Origin: Chthoniobacterales bacterium
Lineage (GTDB): Bacteria; Verrucomicrobiota; Verrucomicrobiia; Chthoniobacterales; JACTMZ01
Length of the DNA stretch: 49,137 bases
NCBI GenBank assembly: GCA_040881855.1
Contig: JBBECM010000003.1
Span: forward strand, 1 to 49,137
Direction of reading: 5' to 3'
Below, in pieces: positions 28,562 through 37,483 of this stretch. The notes under the pieces were generated by a model, which saw nothing but the letters and a program-made list of their open reading frames with translations, had not been told where the DNA came from and did not search any database. Position 1 is the first letter of the stretch; the number at the start of each line of letters is the position of its first letter. Both the position numbers and the translations under genes were made by a program.

Positions 28562-29128
28562 ATGGACTGGAACAGCCGTTACGCGGACGACGACACGCCG
28601 TGGGACAAAGGCGGGGCCCATCCCGTGCTCCGCGACATGCTCACGCACGGTGCCTTGCGCGGCTGCGTCCTCGTGCCCGGTTGCGGCACGGGTCATGACG
28701 TGCGCGAGCTGGCCCGGCTCGGCTTGTCGGTCACGGGGCTCGATATCGCTCCGCTCGCCATCGGTCGTGCCCGTGATCATGACAAAGTGGCGGACGAGAC
28801 CTACGTGCTCGGCGATTTTTTCGCGCCCGCCGCCGGCGCGGTCTTCGACGGCCTGTTCGAGCATACCTGCTTCTGCGCGATCGACCCGGCCCGGCGCGCC
28901 GACTATGTCCGGTCCGCGGCGGCGGCGATCAAGCCGGGCGGACGTCTGCTCGCCGTGTTTTTCACCGATCCGGAGAACGAAGGAGGCGGGCCGCCTTTCG
29001 GCTGCACGCGGGAGGAACTCGACGCCCTTTTCGGGCCAGACTTCCGCCTGCTTAACGAGTCTCGGGAGATACCGACTTTCCCCGAGAGGCACGGACGGGA
29101 GTTGCTCCGGCTCTACGAGCGGGTTTGA
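28562..29128 (+). CDS. Thiopurine/thiol S-methyltransferase-like SAM methyltransferase
   Basis: W..RY....TPWD, VLVPGCGTGHD, EHTCFCAI and GPPF motifs. Confidence 0.85.
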   Translation: MDWNSRYADDDTPWDKGGAHPVLRDMLTHGALRGCVLVPGCGTGHDVRELARLGLSVTGLDIAPLAIGRARDHDKVADETYVLGDFFAPAAGAVFDGLFEHTCFCAIDPARRADYVRSAAAAIKPGGRLLAVFFTDPENEGGGPPFGCTREELDALFGPDFRLLNESREIPTFPERHGRELLRLYERV

Positions 29129-29136
29129 CTGGCTTG

Positions 29137-29925
29137 ATGAAATTCCGCGCGGTCCTCTTCGATCTCGACGACACACTCATCTGGGACGAGCGGCTTTCGC
29201 GTCAGGCCTTGCTGGAGACGGCGGCCGAAGGGGCGGCGCGGACGCGAGCCGACGCGGGGCGACTGGCCGCCGCGGCGAAAAGCGCGTCCGATGAGTTGTG
29301 GTGCGCCCACGCACCGGTCGCCCGCTGCGATGCGCTGGGCATTGTGGCCTTGGAGGGCATGTGGGGCCACTTCCACGGCGAGGAGGATTATTTGCGCCAT
29401 CTCCGCGAGTGGACCCCGCAGTTCCGCGTCGAAATCTGGCGCCGTGCCCTGGCCGCGGAAGGAATCGATGATGACCGGTTGGCCGCGGATCTCGGCGCGC
29501 TCTTCGCCCGCCGGCGCCGCGAATTGCAGGATCCGCTGCCGGGCGCGGAAGTGGTTTTACAACGTTTGCGCTCGGCCGGCGTCCGCCTCGGTTTGCTCAC
29601 CAACGGCGCGGCCAGCCTGCAGCGCGAAAAGATCGAGACGTCCGGGCTCGGCCTGTATTTCGACGCGGCCGTGGTCTCCGGTGAAGTCGGCACCGGCAAG
29701 CCCGAACCGGGGATTTTCCACCACTTGCTGGCCCGCCTCGGTGTTTCGCCTGCCGAAGCGCTCATGGTCGGCAACTCGCTGGCCCGCGATATCGCCGGGG
29801 GCAAACGGGCCGGAGTCGCGACTTGCTGGCTGGCGCTTGAAGGCGAGGAGGAGCCGGTCGGCTTGGTCGAACCGGACCACACGATCTCAGCGCTGGGTGA
29901 ATTGCCCGCGATTGTGGGAGTGTGA
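29137..29925 (+). CDS. HAD-family hydrolase
   Basis: DLDDTL, LTNG, GKP.P.IF and MVGNS...DI.G motifs. Confidence 0.88.
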   Translation: MKFRAVLFDLDDTLIWDERLSRQALLETAAEGAARTRADAGRLAAAAKSASDELWCAHAPVARCDALGIVALEGMWGHFHGEEDYLRHLREWTPQFRVEIWRRALAAEGIDDDRLAADLGALFARRRRELQDPLPGAEVVLQRLRSAGVRLGLLTNGAASLQREKIETSGLGLYFDAAVVSGEVGTGKPEPGIFHHLLARLGVSPAEALMVGNSLARDIAGGKRAGVATCWLALEGEEEPVGLVEPDHTISALGELPAIVGV

Positions 29926-29931
29926 ATGAAT

Positions 29932-30663
29932 TCAGGGAAGCGGGATGGCTTCCTCGTCCAAGGCCAGCACGTCGGGGAATTGCTGACGCGGGATGAATCT
30001 TACCTGCGGCTGCGGCTGCGGCGGGGGATTCAGCGCGAGTGTCGGTTCGATGCGTGTCTGGTAGAGCCCCGCGAGCGAACCTTCCTCCGTTTTGTCGGCG
30101 AAGTCCGCGAGGGCTGGATCGGCCTTGCGCACTTTTTCGAAGAAGAGCGCGTAGTAGGTGCGGCGGGCGGCGCGATGGTCCTCGGGGGTGGGGGCGCGCT
30201 GCGCCATGGCCTGCAATTCCATCAGCTGCGGGTCTTGCCCGAGACGGGCTTTGATCCGCCGCAGTTTGACCCGCATCTTGCGTTCGAGTTCCTTCGGGTC
30301 CTCGATCATCGGCGGCACCTCCGGGATATCCGGCATGGGCGGCATGAACATGTCCGGGCCCCCGAACAGGTCCGCGCCGAAAATGTTTTCCTCGCCGGGC
30401 AAAGCCCCGTCGCCGTCCATCGGTGGCAAGGGCTGCTCGCCGGGCTCCATGGCCGGTTTCTCAAGCACCTCTTCCTCGGCGTCGATGATCAACTCGGCGC
30501 TCGGGGCTTCCGGCGTGGCGCCGCCCGGGGCCGGGGCGGCCGTCTCAGCCGGCGCCTGTTCGGGAATAACCGGAGGCAAAGGCTGCACTTCATCCTGCGC
30601 CGCCGCCGGATGGAACACCGCGAAAGCCGCGAAAGTCAGCGTGATCGCTCGCCGGTTCAGCAT
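29932..30663 (-). CDS. Hypothetical exported protein
   Basis: Signal peptide (AAA|QD), acidic Pro-rich linker and helical C-terminal domain. Confidence 0.7.
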   Translation of the reverse strand: MLNRRAITLTFAAFAVFHPAAAQDEVQPLPPVIPEQAPAETAAPAPGGATPEAPSAELIIDAEEEVLEKPAMEPGEQPLPPMDGDGALPGEENIFGADLFGGPDMFMPPMPDIPEVPPMIEDPKELERKMRVKLRRIKARLGQDPQLMELQAMAQRAPTPEDHRAARRTYYALFFEKVRKADPALADFADKTEEGSLAGLYQTRIEPTLALNPPPQPQPQVRFIPRQQFPDVLALDEEAIPLP

Positions 30664-30728
30664 CTTGCTGCCAAGGCTAGCGCGGGGCTGCTTGAATTGG
30701 AAAGGCTTTCCGGATGAGATCGGACCTC

Positions 30729-31853
30729 ATGCCTGTTTCCGGTTCCGGCCCCGCCCAAGAGATGGTGCTTTTCGACGGCCCCGGTTTCGGCCCTCCGCTT
30801 TCGGGTCTCGCGCCCGCTTCGGTGATCGAGGGCGGGCCGCAGGACTGGCCGCAACTGGAGTCGGCCCTGCAGGTCTTGCGCCGGGACGCGCCCGGCGGTT
30901 TTCTCGGCGGCTGGTTCGACTACGATGGTGGTTTCCGTTTCGGCGTCTTCCGCGAGGACGCGGGTTTGTCCGCGGAGCAGGCGGCCGGAGGAGCTTGGAC
31001 CGGACCGCCGGCTGCTTTCCAGCCGGGCCTCGAGCGTGATCATTGGGTGCGGTTGGTGCGGCGCGCACTCGACTACATTGCGGCGGGCGACATTTACCAA
31101 GTCAATCTCACGCACACGCTCACGGCGCCATGGACCGGGGAGGCGGCCGCCTTTTATCCCCGGCTGCGCGCGGCCAGTCCCGCGCCCTTTTCCTCTTTCC
31201 TCCGCCTCGGCGACACGTCCGTGCTCAGCGCATCGCCGGAATGCTTCCTGAAAATCGACGGACGGCGCATCGTGACCCGGCCGATCAAGGGGACGCGTCC
31301 GCGCGGCGCGGACGACGAAGCCGCCGCCCGTGAATTGCTGGCTTCACCGAAGGAGCGCGCCGAACTGGTCATGATCACCGATCTGGAGCGCAACGACCTC
31401 GGGCAGGTCTGTGCCTACGGTAGTGTGCGCGTCACCGGCCTCTGCGAGTTGGAAACCTTCGCCCAGGTGCACCATCTTGTCTCGACCATCGAGGGGCGCC
31501 TCCGGGCCGACGTGGCTCCCGTGGACGCCGTGCGCGCTTGCTACCCGGGCGGATCGGTCACCGGCGCGCCCAAAAAACGCGCGCGGGAAATCATCGCCGA
31601 ACTCGAACCGTCCGCCCGCGGAATCTACACCGGCGCCCTCGGATTCTTCCACGCCGACGGCCGCGCGGCCTTCAGCATCGCCATCCGCACTTTGGTGGTG
31701 CGTGACGGCCGGGCCACCTACGGGGTGGGGGCGGGCATCGTGGCCGATTCCGACCCGGTCCTTGAATACGAGGAGACCTTGCACAAGGCCGCCGGGCTGA
31801 CCGCGGCGCTCCGCGGGGTCGGGTGGGTTGCCAAAGGTGCGGAGGCGCGCTAA
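30729..31853 (+). CDS. Chorismate-binding enzyme, PabB/anthranilate synthase component I family
   Basis: GDIYQVNL, SASPECF, PIKGT, KERAELVMITDLERNDL, PGGSVTGAPK and IAIRT motifs. Confidence 0.88.
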   Translation: MPVSGSGPAQEMVLFDGPGFGPPLSGLAPASVIEGGPQDWPQLESALQVLRRDAPGGFLGGWFDYDGGFRFGVFREDAGLSAEQAAGGAWTGPPAAFQPGLERDHWVRLVRRALDYIAAGDIYQVNLTHTLTAPWTGEAAAFYPRLRAASPAPFSSFLRLGDTSVLSASPECFLKIDGRRIVTRPIKGTRPRGADDEAAARELLASPKERAELVMITDLERNDLGQVCAYGSVRVTGLCELETFAQVHHLVSTIEGRLRADVAPVDAVRACYPGGSVTGAPKKRAREIIAELEPSARGIYTGALGFFHADGRAAFSIAIRTLVVRDGRATYGVGAGIVADSDPVLEYEETLHKAAGLTAALRGVGWVAKGAEAR

Positions 31854-31863
31854 GCTGGGCTCG

Positions 31864-32703
31864 ATGAGCGGCGAGGAATTCCCTTTGTCCCGGCGGAGAT
31901 TCCTCCGGACCCTGACTCTCGGCGCTTGCACCCTGCCCTTTGCCCGGGCTGTGGCGAACGCAGGGGCGGACTTCGGGCTTCATCCCGACACCCCCGGGGC
32001 GAAACTGGCCAGCGTTCCCCCCGTTGTTCCCGCCTCGATGGGATCGCCCTTCCACTCCGCGGCGATCGGCACACCGCACCTCGCCTTGACCTTCGACGAT
32101 GGACCGCACGGCAAGCTGACACCCAAGTTGCTCGACCTGCTCGGACGGCGCGGCGTCAAAAGCACATTTTATGTCATAGGCCGCAATGTCGAAGCCTACC
32201 CGGACATTGCGCGCCGCATCGTGGCCGAGGGTCACGAGATCGCCAACCATACCTGGACACATCCCCAGCTCTCCCGTTTGTCCGCCTCGCGGGTGGCCGA
32301 CGAATTGCGTCGCACGCATGACAAGGTGCTCGAGGTCACCGGAGTCCGCATGACCAACCTCCGTCCGCCTTACGGTGCTTTCAACAACAGCGTGCGGCGC
32401 GTGGCTTTTGACCGGCATGGTTATGACACTATCATGTGGTCGGTCGATCCGCTGGACTGGAAATACCGCAATTCCTCGCGCGTGACCCGGGAACTGGTCA
32501 AAGGTGCCGCCCCCGGCGCGGTCTTGCTCTGCCACGACATCCATCCCTCGACCATCGCTGCTGTGCCCTCGACCCTCGACCAGCTCCTCGGGCGCGGTTT
32601 CCGCTTTGTCACCGTGGCCGAACTGATGGCCATGGATAGATCGGGGCGGCAGGATTTGAACCTGCGACCTCCTGGTCCCAAACCAGGCGCTCTACCAAGC
32701 TAA
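31864..32703 (+). CDS. Tat-exported polysaccharide deacetylase (CE4/NodB)
   Basis: SRRRFL Tat motif; TFDDGP, NHTWTH, RPPYG, D..DW and LCHD. The 3' end overlaps tRNA-Pro. Confidence 0.9.
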   Translation: MSGEEFPLSRRRFLRTLTLGACTLPFARAVANAGADFGLHPDTPGAKLASVPPVVPASMGSPFHSAAIGTPHLALTFDDGPHGKLTPKLLDLLGRRGVKSTFYVIGRNVEAYPDIARRIVAEGHEIANHTWTHPQLSRLSASRVADELRRTHDKVLEVTGVRMTNLRPPYGAFNNSVRRVAFDRHGYDTIMWSVDPLDWKYRNSSRVTRELVKGAAPGAVLLCHDIHPSTIAAVPSTLDQLLGRGFRFVTVAELMAMDRSGRQDLNLRPPGPKPGALPS

Positions 32704-32714
32704 GCTACGCCCCG
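32641..32714 (-). tRNA. tRNA-Pro(TGG)
   Basis: Cloverleaf: CGGGGCG acceptor, CCTGG-TTTGGGA-CCAGG anticodon arm, GCAGG-TTCAAAT-CCTGC T arm. No encoded CCA. Confidence 0.96.
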
Positions 32715-32796
32715 TCGTCTCCCGCCATAGTTAACGCGGAACGGCCTTTTGTCATTTTAATTTGGCGCCCCGCCTCTGATCCGTCCATTTACAGTC

Positions 32797-33429
32797 ATGC
32801 TCCTACTCGCCGCTTGGCCCGCCGGGGCGGCCCAACCCGTGCTGACTGCCGTGTCCGCGCCGGGGCTTGATCCGGACGGGGCTTGGAGCGACCGCCGGGG
32901 CTGGGCGGGTGTGCCGCCTGCGATGCTCCGCGGGGTCGACGGGACCGTGGCCGAACCGGCCGAAGTGCGCGCCCGGTGGAACGGGTCTGTTCTCTTCGTC
33001 GAATTCCTCTGCCGCGACGAATCCGTGGTCTCGCCCGGCACGCGGGACGGCCTTGATCATTTCAAGCTGGGCGACGTGGTGGAGGTGTTTCTCGGGCGCC
33101 GGGGCCAGCCCGGCTATGTGGAAGTGCATGCCACGCCGGCGGGGCGGAAAACGGTCTATGCTTTTTGTGCTTACCGCCGGGCAGCCCCTCCCGTTGCCGG
33201 CAGCGAGGTCCGTGCCGGGCCGGTCGACGGCGGATGGCGCGCTGTGCTTTCGATTCCCTGGCCCTCACCCGGCGGGAGCCCCGGGGAGGAGGGGTGGGAA
33301 ATTCTGGCCGGCCGTTACGATTACGCGGAGCCGGGCGGAACTCCGGTCTTGTCGTCCTTTCCCGGGCAGACGGGACGCCCTGATTTTCATGCGCGCGGAC
33401 GTTACGCGCGCCTCGAGTTGCAGCCATGA
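32797..33429 (+). CDS. Carbohydrate-binding family 9-like (DOMON-type) exported protein
   Basis: LDPDGAW, ARW....L.V.F.C.D, GDVVEVFL, W.A.L.IPW and PDFH pattern. Confidence 0.65.
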   Translation: MLLLAAWPAGAAQPVLTAVSAPGLDPDGAWSDRRGWAGVPPAMLRGVDGTVAEPAEVRARWNGSVLFVEFLCRDESVVSPGTRDGLDHFKLGDVVEVFLGRRGQPGYVEVHATPAGRKTVYAFCAYRRAAPPVAGSEVRAGPVDGGWRAVLSIPWPSPGGSPGEEGWEILAGRYDYAEPGGTPVLSSFPGQTGRPDFHARGRYARLELQP

Positions 33430-34241
33430 AAAAACATTGGCCCGGTATCGTGCTTACCCTGCTTGCGGGAGGGTGTTCCTCGGTCAGTGTGATCGGGGAA
33501 CAGGAGAATGCGGCGCTCGCTCCGACGGTGCCTCCGCCCGCCGTTTACGTGCGTCTCTTCGAGGTGCCGGCCGGCGCGGAATTCGAAGTGGCCACACCGA
33601 ACAAGGGCGAGGATGTGAGGCGTCGCGTCGGGCAACTCATCGCCGACGGAATTTTCACGCGGTCTTCGCGCTGGATCGCCCCGGGCCGGGTCGCCGGCGA
33701 CGACGAAAAGCTGCCCGCATCGGGTCTGCTCATCGACGGGCGTTTGCTCCGCACCCAACAGGGCAGCCGCGCTCTGCGCCTCGGAATCGGCTTCGGCCTC
33801 GGACGTTCCCACATGGATACCTCCGTGCGCGTCTTTAACCTGGCAAAGTCGGCGGATAAGCCTTGGCTCACCTTCGACACCACCGGTGGCAGCAACATGG
33901 AACCGGGTCTGGCCGCCGCGCTGGTCACCGCGCCGATCTCCGCCCCGGTCGTCGCTCTGCCGGCCGCGGCCAGCATGGCCGGCGGCGCGGTGTCGACGGC
34001 CTCGCGCGGATTCAAGGGGGTCACGCAGGACGGCAAACGGACAGGCCGTGCCATCGCCGCTGCCGTCCACGACCATCTCGCCGTCCGCCAGCTGGTCGAA
34101 CGCAAAGCCTATCCCAAGCGCGGCGGGCGCGTTCCCACGCCGCTCGGCGAGGTCGATTTTCCGCAGATCAGAATGCCGTGGGCGGCCAAGTCCGGTGCCG
34201 CCACCCCGACAGCGGGGCAGGATCCCGGGTCAGGTCGCTGA
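33426..34241 (+). CDS. Lipoprotein, DUF4410-like
   Basis: Lipobox LAGGC and GSRALRLGIGFGLGRS motif. Confidence 0.7.
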   Translation: MKKHWPGIVLTLLAGGCSSVSVIGEQENAALAPTVPPPAVYVRLFEVPAGAEFEVATPNKGEDVRRRVGQLIADGIFTRSSRWIAPGRVAGDDEKLPASGLLIDGRLLRTQQGSRALRLGIGFGLGRSHMDTSVRVFNLAKSADKPWLTFDTTGGSNMEPGLAAALVTAPISAPVVALPAAASMAGGAVSTASRGFKGVTQDGKRTGRAIAAAVHDHLAVRQLVERKAYPKRGGRVPTPLGEVDFPQIRMPWAAKSGAATPTAGQDPGSGR

Positions 34242-35129
34242 CGCCGGGTAAGCGCCGGCGCCCACCAGCCGGGCAATGCTGTCCACCACCCGCGCACGAT
34301 CCTCGCGGTAGGTCACACCGAACCACGCGGCCTCCGTCGGCAAGACGCGCACGGTGGCCGCGCCGTCCGTGATCATCTCCGCCACGGCGGATGGAATGTA
34401 GCACTCCGCTTTTTCGCTGCCGGCATGTTGCGCCAGAAAATTGGTCAGCACTTTCTCCAGCAGCGGGAAAATCCGCGGCGTAAAGCCCCAGAAATTCATC
34501 GAGACAGGCGTGTCCGGCGCGAAAGTGCGTTCGCCCGAAGCGATAGTGCCATCGGGACGGCGGGCCAGGTCGGTGAGCTCCTCGATGCCGTGCAGGAGGC
34601 TGTCCGTCCCCGCCTGGCAAATGCCGCGCGCCACCGTGCCGTGCTCGCTCAATGTCCTGTCGAGACGGTAGCCGGCCATGGCGAATGTCGCGGGCGATGC
34701 GGCCGGATCGACGGACGAAAGGAAGCCGCCGAGTTGCCGGAAAGAATCCGCGCCGTAAAAGTCGTCGGCATTGATCGCGGCGAACGGCGTGGCGATCATG
34801 TCGCGGGTGCACCAGATGGCGTGGGCGGTGCCCCAAGGTTTGCTCCGGCCGGCCGGCGGTGCGAAGCCCGCGGGAAGCTCCCCGAGTTCCTGGAATGCAT
34901 AATCCACGCCGATCCGGCCCTCATAGCGTGCGCCGATCTGCGCGCGGAAATCTTTTTTTATCTCGCGCCGGATGAGGAAGACAACGCGGTCGAAACCGGC
35001 GCGCATCGCATCGTGCACGGAGTAATCGAGGAGAGTTTCCCCGCCCGGTCCGACCGGATCGAGCTGCTTGAGCCCGCCGTAACGGCTGCCCATGCCGGCG
35101 GCGAGGACGAGGAGGGTGGATGCGGACAT
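34230..35129 (-). CDS. Sugar-phosphate nucleotidyltransferase
   Basis: LAAGMGSRYGGLKQ, KPWGTAHA, INADDFYG and WFGVTY motifs. Confidence 0.9.
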   Translation of the reverse strand: MSASTLLVLAAGMGSRYGGLKQLDPVGPGGETLLDYSVHDAMRAGFDRVVFLIRREIKKDFRAQIGARYEGRIGVDYAFQELGELPAGFAPPAGRSKPWGTAHAIWCTRDMIATPFAAINADDFYGADSFRQLGGFLSSVDPAASPATFAMAGYRLDRTLSEHGTVARGICQAGTDSLLHGIEELTDLARRPDGTIASGERTFAPDTPVSMNFWGFTPRIFPLLEKVLTNFLAQHAGSEKAECYIPSAVAEMITDGAATVRVLPTEAAWFGVTYREDRARVVDSIARLVGAGAYPASAT

Positions 35130-35196
35130 GGTCGGTCCTTATATCAGCACCTGCCGCGGCGGTCGATGATCGCGGGAACAAAGCCCTCCGGATGAA

Positions 35197-36165
35197 TCAC
35201 GCCCCGGGCGCGGCTTCCCGGTGCTGCTCGTAGGCACTGATGATCTTTTGCACGAGCGGGTGGCGGACCACGTCCTTGCGGCTCAAGCTGCGGATGGCGA
35301 GACCCTCCACGTCCTGCAGGACTTCGAGCGCCTCGAGCAAACCCGAGCGTTTATGCCTCGGCAAGTCGATCTGCGTGCGGTCGCCGGTGATGACGCATTT
35401 CGATTCGTTGCCCAGACGCGTCAGGAACATGAACATTTGCTCGGCTGTCGTGTTCTGGGCTTCGTCGAGGACGACAAACGACTGGTTGAGGGTGCGTCCC
35501 CGCATGTAGGCCAACGGCGCGATCTCGATGACGCCGCGGTCCATGAATTTCTGGATCTCGTCGGTCTCGAGCATGTCATAAAGCGCGTCGTAAAGCGGGC
35601 GCAGGTAGGGCAGGATTTTCTCCTCGAGTGCGCCGGGCAGGAAACCCAGGGCCTCGCCGGCTTCGACCGCGGGGCGGGTCAAGACGATGCGGCCGACCTG
35701 TTCCTTCTTCAGCGCGGCCACGGCCATGGCCATGGCGAGGTAGGTCTTGCCCGTGCCGGCCGGCCCGACGCCGAAGACGATGTCGTGCTCGCGGATGGCG
35801 CGCACGTAGTCGCGTTGCCCGGGCGTCTTCGGGATGACCGGCGGCTTGCGCGGCGAGCAGACGATGCGCTCGGCGGCGAGTTCGGTGATGCTGGTCGGGG
35901 TTGCGCCTTCCTCGGCGGTTTGCAGGGCGTAGCGGAACTCCTGTTTGCCGATGACCGCGCCCCCGCGGCGGGCCTCGTCGAGTTCGGTGAAGACCTGCGC
36001 GGCGCGGGCGGTCTTGGCTTTGTCACCTTCGATGCGGATCCACCCTTCGCGCGCGGCCACCTGCACGCCGAGGCGCTGTTCCAACTCCCGGAGCAAACGC
36101 TCGTCGTTGTGGTAGAGCGCGGAGGCGGCGCGGGCGTTGTCGAAATGGAGCGTTGTGCTCTCCAT
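35197..36165 (-). CDS. phoH: PhoH-like ATPase
   Basis: GPAGTGKT, RPAVEAGE.LGFLPG, APLAYMRGRT, DEAQN and VVRHPLV motifs. Confidence 0.95.
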   Translation of the reverse strand: MESTTLHFDNARAASALYHNDERLLRELEQRLGVQVAAREGWIRIEGDKAKTARAAQVFTELDEARRGGAVIGKQEFRYALQTAEEGATPTSITELAAERIVCSPRKPPVIPKTPGQRDYVRAIREHDIVFGVGPAGTGKTYLAMAMAVAALKKEQVGRIVLTRPAVEAGEALGFLPGALEEKILPYLRPLYDALYDMLETDEIQKFMDRGVIEIAPLAYMRGRTLNQSFVVLDEAQNTTAEQMFMFLTRLGNESKCVITGDRTQIDLPRHKRSGLLEALEVLQDVEGLAIRSLSRKDVVRHPLVQKIISAYEQHREAAPGA

Positions 36166-36172
36166 CAAGCGA

Positions 36173-36625
36173 TTATTTCCGCTGGAACCCGTAGACCAGC
36201 GCCCAGCCGGTGCGTTCTTCCGGCGAGGAGGTGATTTCGACGATGACGTTGTAGGTTCCCGTCGAGCGGGGCTTGATTTCGGCGTAGGCGAAGCGCCCCC
36301 GCTGCCACGATTTGCTTTCCGCCAGGTTGCCTTGTGCGTCGTAGATGTTGACGCGCAAGCTGGCGTTGTCCACGTCGGTGGCGAGGAAGAACATGTAGCT
36401 GTTGCCGCGGAAAAGCTGGGCGGCCACGCGCTTTTTGTCGCCCGCGCCGAGGTCGCCTCCCCAGGCGTCCTCGCGGATGATCCAGCCGCGCTCGGCGTAG
36501 GGATTGGCCGCTTCGTAGGCGAACGAAAGCGCGTCGTCCACCAACGCCCGGGCCGCGGGCGCGGCGAGGAGAAGCGCGAGGAGGGCGGCGGCGGGACGGC
36601 GGAAAGCGGGAGCGAAGAGTTTCAT
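36173..36625 (-). CDS. Hypothetical exported beta-sandwich protein (module gene B, copy 2)
   Basis: Signal peptide (ARA|LV); paralogue of 27624-28085; ATGA-coupled to the upstream gene. Confidence 0.8.
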   Translation of the reverse strand: MKLFAPAFRRPAAALLALLLAAPAARALVDDALSFAYEAANPYAERGWIIREDAWGGDLGAGDKKRVAAQLFRGNSYMFFLATDVDNASLRVNIYDAQGNLAESKSWQRGRFAYAEIKPRSTGTYNVIVEITSSPEERTGWALVYGFQRK

Positions 36626-37428
36626 GGTCGGCCGGCTTTGGCGCGGATCAAATCCACCATCTGCACCGAGAGGTTGTTGATTTGAGCCACCGTCTCGGGG
36701 GTGATGCCGTCGGGCGGGGATTTTTTGATGAGCGGACCGATGCGGCCGAGGGAGCGGCGGATTTCGCCGACCAGCGGCTGGCCGCGCAGGCGCGGGCTCA
36801 TCCGGTCGAGCTGGCCGCTGAAATAGTCGACCAGCAGCGGCTGGTAGAGGAGTTCGGCCCGGTCGCGGGAGTATTTTTCTTTCACGATGGAGGTGAGGAC
36901 CTCGGTGCCGCGCAACCAGCCGCCGAGGCTGACCAATTGGGCCAGCTGTTCGTCGTTCAATTCGATCATCGCTTTGTTGACATCCTGCAGCGCGCCGTCG
37001 AACTCGCGGCGCACCGCGTTCCATTGGCGTGCGTCGGCTTTCTCGATGATGCTGTTGCTGCGGGCCACCACGGATTTGCGCACGTTGATCGCCTCGGCCA
37101 GGGTGAGGACGTTGCGGCCGATTTCCTTCACGCGCTCGCTGTCCTCGGCTTCCACCGCGACAAAACCGTCGGCGATGACCGTGCCGAGCAGAAGGGCGAC
37201 CTGCGCGCGGTTAGGGCTCGCCGGGTAGCTTTTTTCCGGTCCGAGCTGGGCGCGCCAGTTCGGGTTGCCGAGCTTGTCGAGGACGGAGAAAATTTCGCTG
37301 GGCACCGGGACAACGACGTTTTCCACGGTGTCGGCCGGGAATTGCCCCAAGTCGATCGACTTGTCCGGCTTCTGGGCCAGAGCGGGGGAAAGACCGAGCA
37401 GCAGGACGAAAAGAAGGCGTGGAATCAC
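36622..37428 (-). CDS. Hypothetical exported helical protein (module gene A, copy 2)
   Basis: Inferred GTG start gives signal peptide MIPRLLFVLLLGLSPALA|QK; paralogue of 26842-27627. Confidence 0.8.
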   Translation of the reverse strand: MIPRLLFVLLLGLSPALAQKPDKSIDLGQFPADTVENVVVPVPSEIFSVLDKLGNPNWRAQLGPEKSYPASPNRAQVALLLGTVIADGFVAVEAEDSERVKEIGRNVLTLAEAINVRKSVVARSNSIIEKADARQWNAVRREFDGALQDVNKAMIELNDEQLAQLVSLGGWLRGTEVLTSIVKEKYSRDRAELLYQPLLVDYFSGQLDRMSPRLRGQPLVGEIRRSLGRIGPLIKKSPPDGITPETVAQINNLSVQMVDLIRAKAGRP

Positions 37429-37483
37429 GATTGACGGAAATTTCACTTGGGAAGCCCCCGAGATAAAGCATAAAAAGCCAGCG

